Positions 26,337 through 39,711 of a stretch of 64,000 nucleotides of DNA are shown here, in pieces. Under the pieces are notes generated by a model, which was not told the origin of the DNA, ran no database searches, and saw only the letters and a list, made by a program, of their open reading frames with translations. The first letter of the stretch is position 1. Each line of letters opens with the position of its first letter. The position numbers and the translations under genes were made by a program. This DNA is from Macrostomum lignano. Its lineage: Eukaryota. Where the stretch lies: positions 434,001-498,000 of the forward strand of contig NIVC01000089.1 in NCBI GenBank assembly GCA_002269645.1. The letters run 5' to 3'.

Positions 26337-27269
26337 CCAGCAGATAGTTGTAGCAGAGGTCACTGCAAAAGCAATTTAGCGAAATAATTATGACAATATG
26401 GAAGTGCGGCTTATCATAGATCTATAGGATCCCACTATTGAAGTGGCAATGGATGCAAAATCATAAAAAATCTTGTATCTCTAACGTTTCACTCACTCTC
26501 AGTAGATACTTCCAATATAGGGGTTTAAGTAAGATCCCTATTTCTCATTATTACCCATTGAGGGAGTTGTAGGAATCTAGGATTTTAAGATTTTACACGC
26601 AATGCGTGTGTATGAGTACAAGACGTGAGTAATAGACGTGGGATCTGACAGCGATACCGCCTTTCAATCAGACTTTACACTTCTGAGAGCCTAATTTCCA
26701 GATATAATTTGTTACTGCTAAATAGTATTTAGTTGTTTGCAACTAAAAGGTACAAACTTTTACAATACTTTTGAAAACAATCAGCGGAACATTTCTTTAA
26801 AAGTCTATTACGTTATTGAAATAAATTGGATTCAAATAAATACATGTACGACTACTATAAAGTTAAATCTGAACAGTAACAGAATTCACTTAATGTTAAA
26901 AGGTGAAAGTACATATAACAATCTATAGAATTCAAAGCGTTGAAAATCAGAACATAAAACAATATTTAATACAATTTGATTAAGACTGAAGACCGTTTGC
27001 AAACATTTCCAAACATTTGGAACTAGTAACACGGATAAAAAATTCAATCACTATTTCAGTATTGTATAATATTTTTTATGAAAGATTCGTCAACGCCATA
27101 TCATTTTGTAATGAGTTAAGGACATGATATACAGTAACTTAACACTTTACGCTTGTAACTAATTACTTCAACAGATGAGAATAGCTTAGAGGAGACTTTT
27201 AATTCCTGGCAGCTGTCGTTAAAAGCGTTACGGTGGCAACATTTGAGAAAAAGCAAACAACTTTCTAGT

Positions 27270-27800
27270 GACCTTGAAGCGACTCTGGGGTAACGACTCT
27301 TAGGACTTTTAACGACTTCTGAAAGAGACTAACAACAGAGGCGACTGTTGCGTGACGAGCCAATCATGCGAATTGTAGAGTCGCTAAAAAGTCGTTCAAG
27401 AGTTATTATGTCGTAAAACTTTTAACGAGTACTAACTCAAGTAGACTAAATCGAGTTTAATAGGTTGCAATTAGTATTTACTACGTGTTTCCCTACTTAT
27501 GCATATTTTGATCCAGAAGCTTTCCTAATAATATTTTTGATGGTTTATATTGATTGGCTGGCTGAGCTGGAGAAACTCAAATAAGACTCTACGGCCCCAG
27601 AGTTGTTATACATGTAGAAGCGTCCCAGAGTCATTTGCGTCGCCCTAGAGTCGTTTCAGAGTCGCTGACAATAAAACGCCTCAAAATGACTCTTAGGCGA
27701 CTCCTTGATGACTTTTTGGCGACTTGTACCGTGACACTCGTTGCTTTAGAGTCGTCGAGTCCCTTTTTTAATTTCCTGTTACTTACAACCACTCTGGGGA
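27270..27800. repeat. Dispersed GACTC/GAGTC/GCGAC-rich repeat family
   Basis: 27585-27730 is an inverted homolog of 42975-43130. A related copy lies at 58990-59365. Confidence 0.6.
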
Positions 27801-28129
27801 CGCTTCTTGGCCTATTAACGTTTTCATCGTTACTTAACCTGTTTTCTGTTTTGCAGAGTACTTATATGTAACTTCTCTAGTCCTCAGAGTCCTCGTTAAA
27901 AAAACTTGTCTAGATAAAACGAATCACTGGCTTTACTGAAACAGGCTAGGCATAGAGAAGTTTGAATTTATCGGCCTTTTGACTGTTAAATGATCAAATT
28001 TCTTAATCTTCAAAGCTCACAAAAAAGCTTACACGTACAAAGCTTCAAGATTTCAGCGAGAAAAACACAATAAAACTTGACCTACTAAGCGACAGGCAGG
28101 ACAGCAAAAAATAAAACAATTTAAAACGT

Positions 28130-29781
28130 TTATTGCAAACTCTTCCAATTAACAATATCGGAAAAGCCATTCTCATAGAAAACAGAAATGGAGTCTTCAT
28201 CCTCTAGACAGCAAATGTCAACAACGCCAGCCGCTCTTGAACTAAATAGAGGCGCACTGAGTTCTATTTCGCGACGGCCAGTAGATGGAGCGTTTGTATC
28301 AGACGATATGCTGATCAGCTTGCTCGAATCACCAGCTGACACCGACACTATTACTCGACTACGCTGAGCAAATATGCTTGGAACGCAGCGACTATTGAAG
28401 TCGGTCCAGAGATTTCCAAAAGAAATAAGCGAAGCAGTTGTGACACTAACAGTAATCTTATACAAAACAATCTTAAACACGTTAGCAGTAGACACTCTGT
28501 CAAGAACGACAAGCAACCGCTTTTGTTGATCGAAGGACAATCGAACAGGTGAAATCAGCTTCAAAGACTCGTTTGACAGAGAGGCCTTGCATTGTTTGCT
28601 TTTCGTAAGTGATACAAGATAGATTCCAAACTTTGATGAAGCGATAGCTATAACTTCGCCGGCTTCAATTGCATCATCTGGTGGTAGCAGCCGATAGCTG
28701 AAAGTAGAGTTAAATAGAGTTATCACAGGTAAAAAATAGCGAGCTAAAATAAATTTAAATAAAGAAATCTAGACTCTTAACGTTGCGACAATCTACTCAC
28801 TGCACACTGAAATTCGGCCCCACAATTAAACTGGCGACGCCGTCAGGCTGGGCAAGGATAACTTTGCTGTGACGCTGGTCGGCAATAATAAGGCAGTTAT
28901 TTTTGCGGCAGGAGCGAACAACGTGAGGTATGAAAGATAGCGATTTTCCATCGATCGTCGATAGAGAAATATGATACTTGAAATCAGAAACTGGTTGAGC
29001 TGCTGCCGTCGGAGCGTCGTTGAAACACTTTACGACGAACCGGATCGACGCAAATGTAATTGCCCCAAAAGAATGTCGCTGATGCTAGACTTGACAAACC
29101 AACAAATTGTGATTGGCAAACAGGTGAATTAGAAGCGATGGCAGCGGCATTGCTATCTTCACTAGCTACACTAACTGAATCTTTGAGTGATGCTGAAGAC
29201 TTTGGAGGTAACTCATGTGGAACAAATTTTTCCTGACTAATCATCGTCCAAACTATGGACTCATTAGATTCTTTACTGCTTGTTTGTTGATCCACCGTTG
29301 TAGTTGCTATCTCATTTGTCACCGGACTTGCGGCGACCCACTCTAGACACTTGTCAAAACTTTGTAGCTCATGCCCTTCCCAGCTAATGCTTAGCGACTG
29401 CAGAAGATCGTTAATCTTGGAATTGACTTCACTAGAATTCCAGTAGCCCTTCTGAATCGCAGGCTTGTCACTGCCAACAACAGCGTCCAAGTCGGCCTCA
29501 ACGCGGCACAGCTCATCGATAGGCCAGTTGGATTTCTCTGCCACAGAAGCCTCCCAAACGACCTCCTGCAGTTGAAGTCTCTTTTGACGCCAGTCAGTCA
29601 GCTCCCGAGCTGCCACAGCGCGCCTCCGCTCGAGGGCGACAGACAGGCGTTTAAAGTAATTGCAAGGAGGTGCCGGCTCGGTTCCCATTCTCTGGAGCAG
29701 CTGCGAAGCTCTTTCTGCCTTAGAGCGAACCGAGTCGACCAGTTCGCTTTTAGTAGAACAACCAGAATTGTTTGATGACAT
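28130..29781 (-). pseudogene. Array gene G6: coiled coil + NHL-like propeller needing one +1 frameshift
   Basis: The zero frame stops at TTC TGA (28986-28984). The +1 frame continues DFKYHISLSTIDG...LIIADQRHSKVILAQPDGVASLIVGPNFSV to a phase-2 donor CA|GTGAGT at 28800. Exon 2 is 28697-28130. Confidence 0.7.
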
Positions 29782-30462
29782 TTGTTAGACGGAGCCAGAA
29801 AAATCATTAAAAGTTATACTGCAAGATTCATAGGCCAGAACTTATAAGTTGACTACAAAATTCGTATGCTACATGTAAATAACTAGCTGCTAAAATAGTC
29901 ATTAAAGCATTACAAAAATATTTCAAATATACCGATTAGGGAACTAAATATTCTTACTCATGCAAAAAAGAAATGATTCAATCAAAGCCCACGTTCCTTT
30001 TTGAAAGCGTGAAAATTTGAAATGATTATCAATTTATTGATTTTGTAAATCAGAAAGTAACTTTGTAGTCCGTTGCAACTAAGCCACCGATATACGAGAT
30101 AAACTATACATGTACATTATTTAGAACTGGAGATATTGTCGAATAGGAGAATGTTTGGATCAGGAAAGTTCATAAACAATCTGTAAAGAAAACTTATTAC
30201 GTCGCACTTAGTTCCGTGCAAATCTATATGGAAGGGAAAGAAAATTGAAAAGTGAAACTATAAAAAGACATTAATTGAATTTAGTAGTGTTCAAATAAAA
30301 AGACTACCTAGTGCTAATAGCAAACACCTTTGAATCAATCTGCTAATGAATAGCGGAATGAACAGATCTTCGAAACGAGTAAAACGTCAGCTTTAGGGTA
30401 TAGCTTTTGTACTTATAGAAAGACAAAATTTGAGTAGTGCATCAGAACACTGCGCCACCTGC

Positions 30463-30888
30463 CTACTTGCCAGCCGGTGCTTCCCACTGAATCCTTAATG
30501 ATTCAATTAAATCTGCCGTTTTACGGTCAACATCGCTAGCATTCCAGGAGCCTCGAATTCTAACAGCAGTCCTGTCGCTGTCAATGGCAGCATCCAGTTC
30601 GGCTTCAATGCGGCACAGCTCGGCGACAGACAGGCTTGACAAATTGGCAGAGGAAGCTTCTTGCACAGATTTCTGCAGTTGCGACTGCCTCCGGCGCCAG
30701 TCTGCCAACTCCTGCTCAATCGCGGCGCGTCTCCGCTCCAGAGCTATCGACAAGCGCTCAAACAAATCACTAGGTAGGGCTGGTTCAGGTCCTATTGACT
30801 CCAATAAATGTGACGCCTTTGAAGCCTGCGACCGAACAGACTCGAACAGTTCTTCGTTGGTTGAACCGCCAATGAATTTTGATGACAT
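30463..30888 (-). CDS. Array unit G6b: coiled-coil-only paralog
   Basis: MSSKFIGG...LIESLRIQW is homologous to the G6/G7/G9 N-termini. It stops right after the W motif at AA|GTAGGC, which is both a stop and a possible phase-2 donor. No propeller exon between it and G6. Confidence 0.65.
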   Translation of the reverse strand: MSSKFIGGSTNEELFESVRSQASKASHLLESIGPEPALPSDLFERLSIALERRRAAIEQELADWRRRQSQLQKSVQEASSANLSSLSVAELCRIEAELDAAIDSDRTAVRIRGSWNASDVDRKTADLIESLRIQWEAPAGK

Positions 30889-32392
30889 CGGATTGGCTAG
30901 CATGAATAAAAAGGAAAAAAATCTTTAACCAGGCTTTCGAACAAACAGTTATGCATTACATAACAAATAATAAAAAGTACTACGTTTATTTGATATATTC
31001 AAGTCTTATTTGAATACTTAATTGAGGATTTGGGGATTTATTTGAACATCTTTCGGCATGCTACTGTAAACTTGTCATTCAAGCAAGTATAAATAACCCA
31101 AGCTAAAAGTACACAACTTCACCACCGAGTTATTTATTTATTTGCATATCAATATTAATATGGTCTACTAACTCACAACACTGCAATTATAAGACAAAAA
31201 AGCTAAATACGACTAAAACAATAGGGTTCCACAAGAATTTGAGGAATACATGGAATAAGGTAATACAGGCATATTTTTAGCTATAAAAATAGTAAGCGTA
31301 ATTAAATATCAGATCAATGGAACTTTCTGCTAAAAAACAGAAAATCGATTTTGGCAAAAATTAGGAAAGCACTCTCACCAGCATGAAAATATGCGTCCTG
31401 GTATACTTACACAAGCATCCATTTTACACAGAAAAATTAACATATTATTTTAACACCTATCTTATTATTATCAATAAAAATTTTAAACAGTTATAAATAA
31501 AAGCTAAGATGTGAGTAAATTAAAAAATAATGTGTAAAATAAAAAAAGGACCAAAAATGAAGAGAATTCTAGTCTAACCAAAATATTTGATTTACATGTA
31601 AACAAGCGCTGACACAAATGCTGTGCAAAGAAATTTTTCCAACTGTGTTGGATCGCCACCTTGAAAAGTCATCAGTATTGTTTCTATCTATTGATGTGCA
31701 ATCTTGCCCTTTTTGCTCTCGCGCCCAGCTCCAACCCTTCAGTTTTCTAAATCAGTGCGTACGCTGATCACGCCACCTCGCACCTCACCCTACCATACCG
31801 TACATTTGAACTTTAATTATTTAATAGTCGTGTAGGTCAACTGATAAATATACTATATAATGAAGTTGTTGTCTAATGGGGCATCCTCTTTTCCTACCGG
31901 TTGTCTATTGACAAAACAAAAATACCATGGTAAGTGCGCGTTGAACTACATCGGCTACTACGAGTGTGTAAGTTCCTGTTCTTTTCCTGCTTCCTTCTCC
32001 GGCGCAGGACTGGAGCTCTGACTGGGGACCTGGGGGGTCGCAGCTTCTTTTTCTTCTTCTTGTATATAATGTATAAAAATAAATAAAAAAGAATAAAAAT
32101 ATTTATTTGGCTTTGTTTTTTTACTCGTACATAAGATGTTGAAAACTACTACATTCTAGAGAAGAATTTCAGTTTAATGATTGCAGTAGTTAATATATTA
32201 ACGAAGGAAGACTTCAACCGAAGCTTAAAATGTTACATGTAAGTTTCCATAGTTTCCACGGAAACGTCCTGGTAGAGTTCTGCGTCTAGACACTTTGATA
32301 GAGGAAACTTGTCAAGGTACGTCAAAGGGTCTACAGACTAAACAATAATAAGTTTAAGGTGAATTTAAATAAACTGAAAAATCAGTAATTTG

Positions 32393-33860
32393 TCAGATTG
32401 GACGACGGATTCGGACAATCGATCCATGTTTGTTGCACACGATAATCTCGCCATGGTCCTCCATAGTTAATTGAGTAGGATCAAAGAACATGTCTGTTGG
32501 ATCAGACGCCCTGCTGACAATCCTACATATTTCGTCTGACATACCTGTGGCAGAGGTAGGCAACCAACTGATAACTGCCCCAGAATTGGGAGCCCAGGCA
32601 ATAACAAAGACTCTATTATTAATAAGCACAGCCGGTATAACAAAAGATGTAAGTTCTATATTAGGAGAAGACATTCCAGTCAGCCGGTTGCAAGTGTTAC
32701 GATAACCCTGAATGCGATATCGATTGCTAGCCACTCGGTCGACAATCAAGAGTATGTTTGACTTGCAGCACCATGCAAGCCGAATTGGAAAAGTTAGTTT
32801 TACATCGGAAGTGCATTCGCTGACGTCCGACTCGCTGACGCCCGACGGATTTGTAAGACGCGCAGAATAAATACCAGCTGTAGGACAGCACATAAAAAGC
32901 TGTTGCCCAGTACTAATGGCGTCATGCAGTTGGCCCTTAGGAACCCGAACAAAAGCCACAAGATAGCATGAATCAGATGTGCACAACAGTACGCGCTTAT
33001 TAAATTGATCAACTATAATTACATACTTGCTAATAGGGCAATAGCGAACACGATAAGGATTAAATTTCACCGGCGTTGCGTCTTTATTCATCAATTTTAG
33101 AGTGCCGTTTCTGGTACCGTTAGGGCTAAAAAAAGCTGATTTGCTTTGTACACTGTGCGAACTCAAGAACAATTATAGAATTTGGAATGAAGGCTCCAGA
33201 AAAAATATTCCAGCTTGATTTAAATATAAGCCTAAAAGCATCGTAAACTGGCGCACTACACTCCGGCAATTTAGGGGTGTCAATAAGTGAAACTTCTTGC
33301 AACTCTGACTCTTTTTGTGATGATGAATCAACACAATCTCTGAAACTAGAGCAAGCTTCCTCCGAAAGGGCATTTTTGGTAAACGATTTTGCTTGAGAAA
33401 CAACTGGCGAATAAGTTGATTCACTTTCGCTAATTTTCGAGTCCGGATTTTTCCTTGGCTCCCAATGAATTCTCAGAGCTGCGATCAATTCGTTTGTTTT
33501 AACTTGAACGTCAGTTGTGTTCCAGACCCCTCTTCGAGCTAACCTTCTGTCGCTGTTAATAGCATAAACCAATTCAGCTTCGATATCGCACAGCTCATCG
33601 ACAGGCAAAGTGCACTGCGGCAATTCAGAAGCCTTTTGCAGAGCGTCACGCAACTGGAGCCACTTTTGTTGCCATTCCGCTTGCTCTCGAGTCACAGCAG
33701 CGCGTCTCCGCTCTAGCGCTACTGAGAGTCGTTCAAAATAATCGTCTGGAGGACCGGGTTCTTGTCCCATAGACTCCAGCAGCTGCGAGGCTATTAATGC
33801 TTTGGAGCAAACTGACTCTTCTAGTTCGCTATAGGAGCAGCCGGACAGATTCGATGCCAT
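32393..33860 (-). pseudogene. Array gene G7: intronless coiled coil + NHL-like propeller, split by a +1 frameshift in a T7 run
   Basis: ORFs 33860-33126 and 33172-32393 overlap. Removing one base from the A7 run at 33128-33134 gives ...KQISFFSPNGTRNG... and a 488-aa protein. An assembly error is possible. Confidence 0.7.
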
Positions 33861-34829
33861 TTGGGATTAAATCATTTTTATAGTGCTATAAACCGCGCTT
33901 CTTCATAAATGGTATGGAAATTAACAAACAAGTTGTTGCTTCAATCGGTCATATAGTTGGTCAAGAGGGTGATGACTGCAATATGGGCGAATCGCTTTCC
34001 TATTCGATCCACAGGACTAAGAAAAGTTCAGTTTCTTAACATCTAACCAGTAACTTCTGAAGCCGGAAATTAGATAACCCAGTTCGTAAGCCAAATACGA
34101 GTACAAGTAAAAATCAAGGAATGATGAGGAAAACACTGCTTCTTGCAGAAAAAGCGAACAATTTATTGATGTTGTTGTCTTAGAGATGATACTATACGAG
34201 TCGTCGTATACAATATTTAGAGCTACTTCAGACAGAGAATATCAAGACCTGAAGAGTATAATCAGCCCAATGCTAGTCCAATACGTTTCGATAGTTTGCC
34301 TACAGCTGCTAAAGTAAAACTTCCCAAGGAACACTATTCAGGGAGAACGAAAAAATCTCCGAAACAACTAGCTACACTACTAACAATAATATTTTATTTA
34401 CATTTCATATTGTACCAGCTCAACATAAGACTATAGCGTAGTGTTTGGTAAAATAAATGGAATAAAATCAGACAATAGACATAAGGTTATAAAATATAAT
34501 TATAATATCTAATGTGTAAAAATATGTACATGTGCACAGTGACTGAAAAATGATTGGCAACAAAAAATCTGCGAAATGTAAAGTAAAAATACAGCATATA
34601 AGAAACTTGATTTAGGCTGGCGCAAAGTTTTAATAACTTGTTACTCCAGAAAAAAGCAACAGTGTACCATCGATACAGATACTAGCAATACAGATAACGC
34701 AAATTGAGGAATTGTGAATTTTCTTATTTAGGCACCACACTATCAAATGACAGGATTCAAAACGTAAATTTAGAAAAGTAACCAAAACTGAAATTTAATT
34801 GAAATTTAATGTCGACAAAGGGCCGGTAA

Positions 34830-35075
34830 AATTAAGCTCATAAAGTGGAGCCCGAGCAACCCATGTACACAAATAATATGTCATTCTGCTCACAATGCCA
34901 CTAGGAAGGAGCTTAAGTTACATAATAATAGTCCCTAATTATCCCCTTGCTTGTTCTCCCAAGTCCAATTTTTGTCGCTGTTTTGCCAAACCCAGCTTCC
35001 TAGCGTCATTATGAGCAGAATGACATATTATTTGTGTACATAGGCCACTCTGGCTCCACTTTATGAGCTTAAGTT
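34830..35075. mobile_element. Foldback/MITE with ~75-bp inverted arms
   Basis: TAAGCTCATAAAGTGGAGCC...TGTACACAAATAATATGTCATTCTGCTCA is mirrored at 34995-35075. Confidence 0.65.
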
Positions 35076-35258
35076 GACACACCTTTATTTCGCTTGAGAG
35101 GGCAAAAAACAAAAAAATCAACGACATAACAATAAGTCAGAAAAATCTCATATTCAAGCTCATAAGTTCATAAAATCTCCATTAGTGAAAGATTAACAAA
35201 ACAAATACTAACATAACATAATATAAAAAGTTCCACGTGTACTCTTCTGGCAGATTCA

Positions 35259-38200
35259 TCAATAAAGTGGACGCCGAAAGGCTAAAACGGAGCCTTTCGC
35301 ATTGCAAATAATAGCTTCACCAAAACTGCTCATCTCAGATGGAAGCCAACAAATATCTCTTGGGCTAATGTCTTCAACAGTAGCGCTGCAGTGCTCAGCA
35401 GCCAGATTCATGGCATCAGTGGGAAGCCAACTAATAGTACATGTTGAATCTGAAACCCAAACAAGTACCATTTCGTCAGCTTTAAGCAGGACATTCGGCG
35501 CCACCGATGACTGAATCGTCAATCTGGGAGCCGGGAGTGCCGTCAATTGACAGCTGTCAATCTTAAAGGCTAAAATTCTATACTCCTCAGTCTTTATAGA
35601 GGTTCGATCAACTACGAGAAGCGTTTCTGACTCGTTACACCAGGCCATTCGCACAGGACAGGAGATCTTTAAATCGGTGGAGCATAGCTTAATTTCGGTA
35701 AGGTTATCAAAAATAGCCGTGTATATGCGACCACCAGGACAGGCAATAATCAGCTGACGGCTGGTACAAATTGCGTCTTCAAAGCCTCCTTTAGGAACTT
35801 TAAGAGAGTGCAAGAGACGACCCGCAGGATTAACACAAGCAATTTGCTTGTTGGTGGGATGAGAAACTATAATCCACTGTCCAGTGCAGCTAAGTCTAAT
35901 GCGGTAAGCAGTGATATCAACGGCTTCACCACCAAGCGTGCACAGACGAATACTTTCTAACTTTTTACCTGTCAAGTTATAAACACTGAAGCAACCCCGG
36001 CCAGATCCTTCTGAAACGTAAATTCGATCGGAAAGAACAGCTGCAGACTTCGGCTTCGAAACTTTAAATAGTTGTAAAACATTCTGCGCGTGTGAAGCAA
36101 CCTGTTCAGTTGGACCTTTTCCAGCAAATCTTTCGCTAGTTAAGCGAGAATTGCTGTCTAAAGTTGAGTCGCTGTGATTTTCACAGGCGGTAAGAGCTTT
36201 CACAGTGTGAGATGCGTTGTCGGTCTTCGGCATGGGATATCTTTTGATCAGCGTTTCCGAAACAACTTCTGTAAAACAATCATTGGCAAGGCGAACTACG
36301 TCGACTGAAACATCTAAGGTGTGCAGTTCTGCATCATCTCTGATTAGCCCAGATGCGCCCATGCTAACAGCATGTTCATCCTCTCTGCTCATTACTCCGT
36401 TTGCTTCCGTCCTATCAGTTGGAGCTTCATCCGCAACGATGCCCTCGGTTGGCTCACATTCATCTTGAGTAAGATTTGTTGCAGAATCAGATTTCGCAGA
36501 TTGGTGCTGCAGGCTGCTGCAAAAATTTTTGGGCAAAAATTGCGTTTTAGGATACAACTTACGATTTTAGAACGATTTTTAATCGGATCATATTACTTAA
36601 AAATGAAAGATATAAAAAGAAATAAATAAGAGCTTACCTGCTAGAAATAACTATAACGTAGCCTGAGTTCTTACAAACAGCAAACGTGCCCTTTTCTGTA
36701 GGCACCCAATTCATGTCGATAGGAAACGACTCTATTCCAGTTTTCCAGCTTTCCAGTTCGAGCAAATCATATTGAGCGGACATCGAGTCTGAGTTAGATG
36801 CTAACCAACTAAAAACTGCCGTAGTACCATTAAGTCTTCCAATTACAAGTTCACTGTCATTCATGATAGCGCTGGGAATCACCGATGACTCAATAGCCAA
36901 ACTTGGAAAATCCAATAATTTTAAACCCTGATCACATAGCTGAAATGCCCGAATTCGATAACTGTCAGAGTTAGTTTCGTTAACGTCGACAACAAGCAAG
37001 GTTACGGAATTGCTGCACCATGCTAGTCTCATTGGAAGCAATGGCTCTGGAACGCCAAGAATATCGAGCTGGGATAGTTGCTCAACATTATCTAAAGAGG
37101 AAATGAATATGCCACTTGATGGAAAGCATGCAATTATATGCTGGCCTGTGCTAATCGCATCTTGTAAGCCAGAATGCGTATTTATAATAGCATCGACTAT
37201 TCCATTAGGTCTGGCGCACACAATTCTATCATTGCTCTGGTCGATAAGGATAATCCATTGCTTAGTTTGACATGAGCGAAGGATACTTGGAACGCAGGCT
37301 ACTTGGCGGTCATCGTGTCTTTTAAGGACAAATGCCCCGCGTGCGAAACCAGAACTCGTATACACATTAATTGGACGAGACGATGTCGATCCCAAAACAT
37401 AAAACTGCTTCTTCAAGTACGTCACGGAGATGGGATTCATAAAAGTACGAAACTTCCGCACAGATGTAGATCTAGAGTTAGTAAAGTCCGAATGGTTGGA
37501 AGAGAATTCATCATCGTGAGTATCAAACAGTTTAGAAGATTTAACAATGTTTCTATCTTCATAACTGCTTTGTTGGTTAGAGAAAAATTGCGACGCTCCA
37601 GCTTCAGTGTCTGTGAACAAGCTTCCAGAAATCTCCGAGCAAGTAATGGCGGAGAAAGGTTCTGACCATTCAAGCCCCTGATCCCTGGAACATACAGACG
37701 CGGATTGCTCACAAGTAATGGATACATCTGTGTCTGATTTCACAGAAGCTTGATATTCCAAAGATTCTGCATTAACCAGCTCAGTTGCTTTCTCTATGCT
37801 GCTGTCAGCCATCCTGCTACTGATTGTCGGCTTCTCATCGACACTTTTGAGAGCAGATTCATCACGTGGAGCTTCCTCGCGAGCGATTTCTATGGTAGCA
37901 GTTAAAGTAGGATGGTCGATTTTTTTCGACAAAGTATAGTCGCTTTGGTCCGATGACGCAGCGGCGAGACGGTCACCTATTTCGCTATTCTCGTCACGGT
38001 TTACAGAAGAATTCGAGTCTTTTTGGTTGTCTCTGACACGACCCTGAATAGAAGCTGCACATTCAGGGCCTTCTGAGTTTTGACGGGAGGCCGACTCTTT
38101 GTCAATAATCTCACTAACTTTTACTTCTTCCCAATGAACTGCCAGGGCTAGCAAAAGCTTTTCAATTTTTTCTTCAATATCGATGGTGTTCCAGAATCCG

Positions 38201-38604
38201 CGCATGACACTGCCAGACTCTGTGACAACTTTATTGATAGCGGAAGTTAAATTTGCCTCAGCATGGCACAGCTGGCTGACAGTGGTGCAGGTGGACTGCT
38301 TAGCCTCGGAGGCTTCGGAAACTGCTCTCTGCAATCGCTGACGTCTCTGCGCCCAGTCCGCCAGCTCTCGGTGGATAAGCGCACGTCTACGCGCAAGGGC
38401 AAGCGACAGCTGGTCAAAAAGTTCGCTAGGCGACGCGAGCTCTGGCCCCATCGATTCCAGCAGTAACTTCCCCATGCCCAACTTGCGTTGAACGTCCAGC
38501 TGTAGCGCTTGGAGCGCGTCGCTGTTTGGATTGTTAGAGTCGAACATGAAGAATATCAACAAGCTACTCGTTTTATTGAATAGTGAGAATAAATCACGCA
38601 TCAT
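35259..38604 (-). CDS. Array gene G8/9: coiled coil + long Ser/Glu linker + propeller + linker + second propeller, about 1055-1074 aa
   Basis: Exon 38604(or 38547)-36638, donor AG|GTAAGC, 121-bp intron, acceptor TTTTTGCAG| and exon 36516-35259 join in frame (phase 2). The second ORF has no coiled coil and starts on TTG in the ORF track. Confidence 0.7.
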
Positions 38605-39711
38605 ATCAATATCATAGAGCTCTTACACCATTTGGCAAAATAGTCTTTATGACAGTGGCTACCAAACTCGAACCTAGCTGAATGCTAAGGTCCTGCCCTT
38701 AGATATTGGTGGCGTCAAATACGATAATCTGGGGCTTAAAAATCAACTATAAAGCTGTAGTAGCGTAAGTCAGATCGTACGTCGGAACTTTTACAGTGCG
38801 GAGATAGAAGCTAAGAACGATCTTATCTTAGGATGGCTTAATAGAACTTGCCCAAGTCTTTTTCTATACAATGAACCCAATTTCTAACCAGTTTTCAATG
38901 CAATCTTAGGAATAAATTTTCTAATTTGATAACTACGCCCGTACGGACTTAATTTGGTCTCTTTGAAAAAAACGAAAGCTCTAGATAATGTTTTGAATGC
39001 TTTTAATAAAGTAAGAAGCTGAAAGACAAGCTAACAATTACCAAAAAGCGCAAGGCAAGCAAACAACACAGTTGAAAACACTGGCAGTGTGTCATTTTAC
39101 TTTTGCTAGTTAATTGGCAGCTAATTAACACGGAGAGCGAAGCTTAGAGAATGCAACTTTAATCACCAACTGGGAAAAGCATTGTTAAATAAGGATAAAA
39201 AATAATTGAACAGTGATTTAAAAATACGAAGTACATCTACGAAAACAAATAGGTTTGAAAGGAACGGGTGTCTTTATTTAAATATATAGAAATAGTATCG
39301 GCCGCACAAAACGAACAAACAATCAAAGTACATATATATATATATATTTTTTTATTTAGCCCATACATTTGAAACGCAGACTTTTTGATTAAATCTTTCT
39401 ATCAATTTATTAGACTGAAGTTACGAGCCAGCCAATATAAATTAAGTTAATGGAAATGTGAAATAAACAATTAACAAACATTGAAGGAAAACAGTCGAGA
39501 CTTTTAGCCGATGATTTCGCTGATCGCTACCAAAAATGGAAGACAGAATACTTAAAGTAATATCTTATACGGCTTTAAAGCTATAGATAGATAAATGCTA
39601 ATCGAAGCACTCGTGACCGACAGCTCAAGAGAAAACCTCAGAATCTGATCTGGAACAGTCAGCAAAGTCATTCAACGGGCAGACATAACCATGTGTTAAA
39701 TCCTCGCGTAC

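Noticed and set aside
26364-28129. Hidden upstream RING or B-box exons for array genes
   Set aside because: No Cys/His-patterned ORF in the intergenic gaps; the only RING in the window is at 43946-44068.
28990-29030. Micro-intron repairing the G6 frameshift
   Set aside because: The GT...AG pairs checked there are only 15-29 nt; the 26- and 29-nt options land in the wrong frame and 15 nt is implausibly short.
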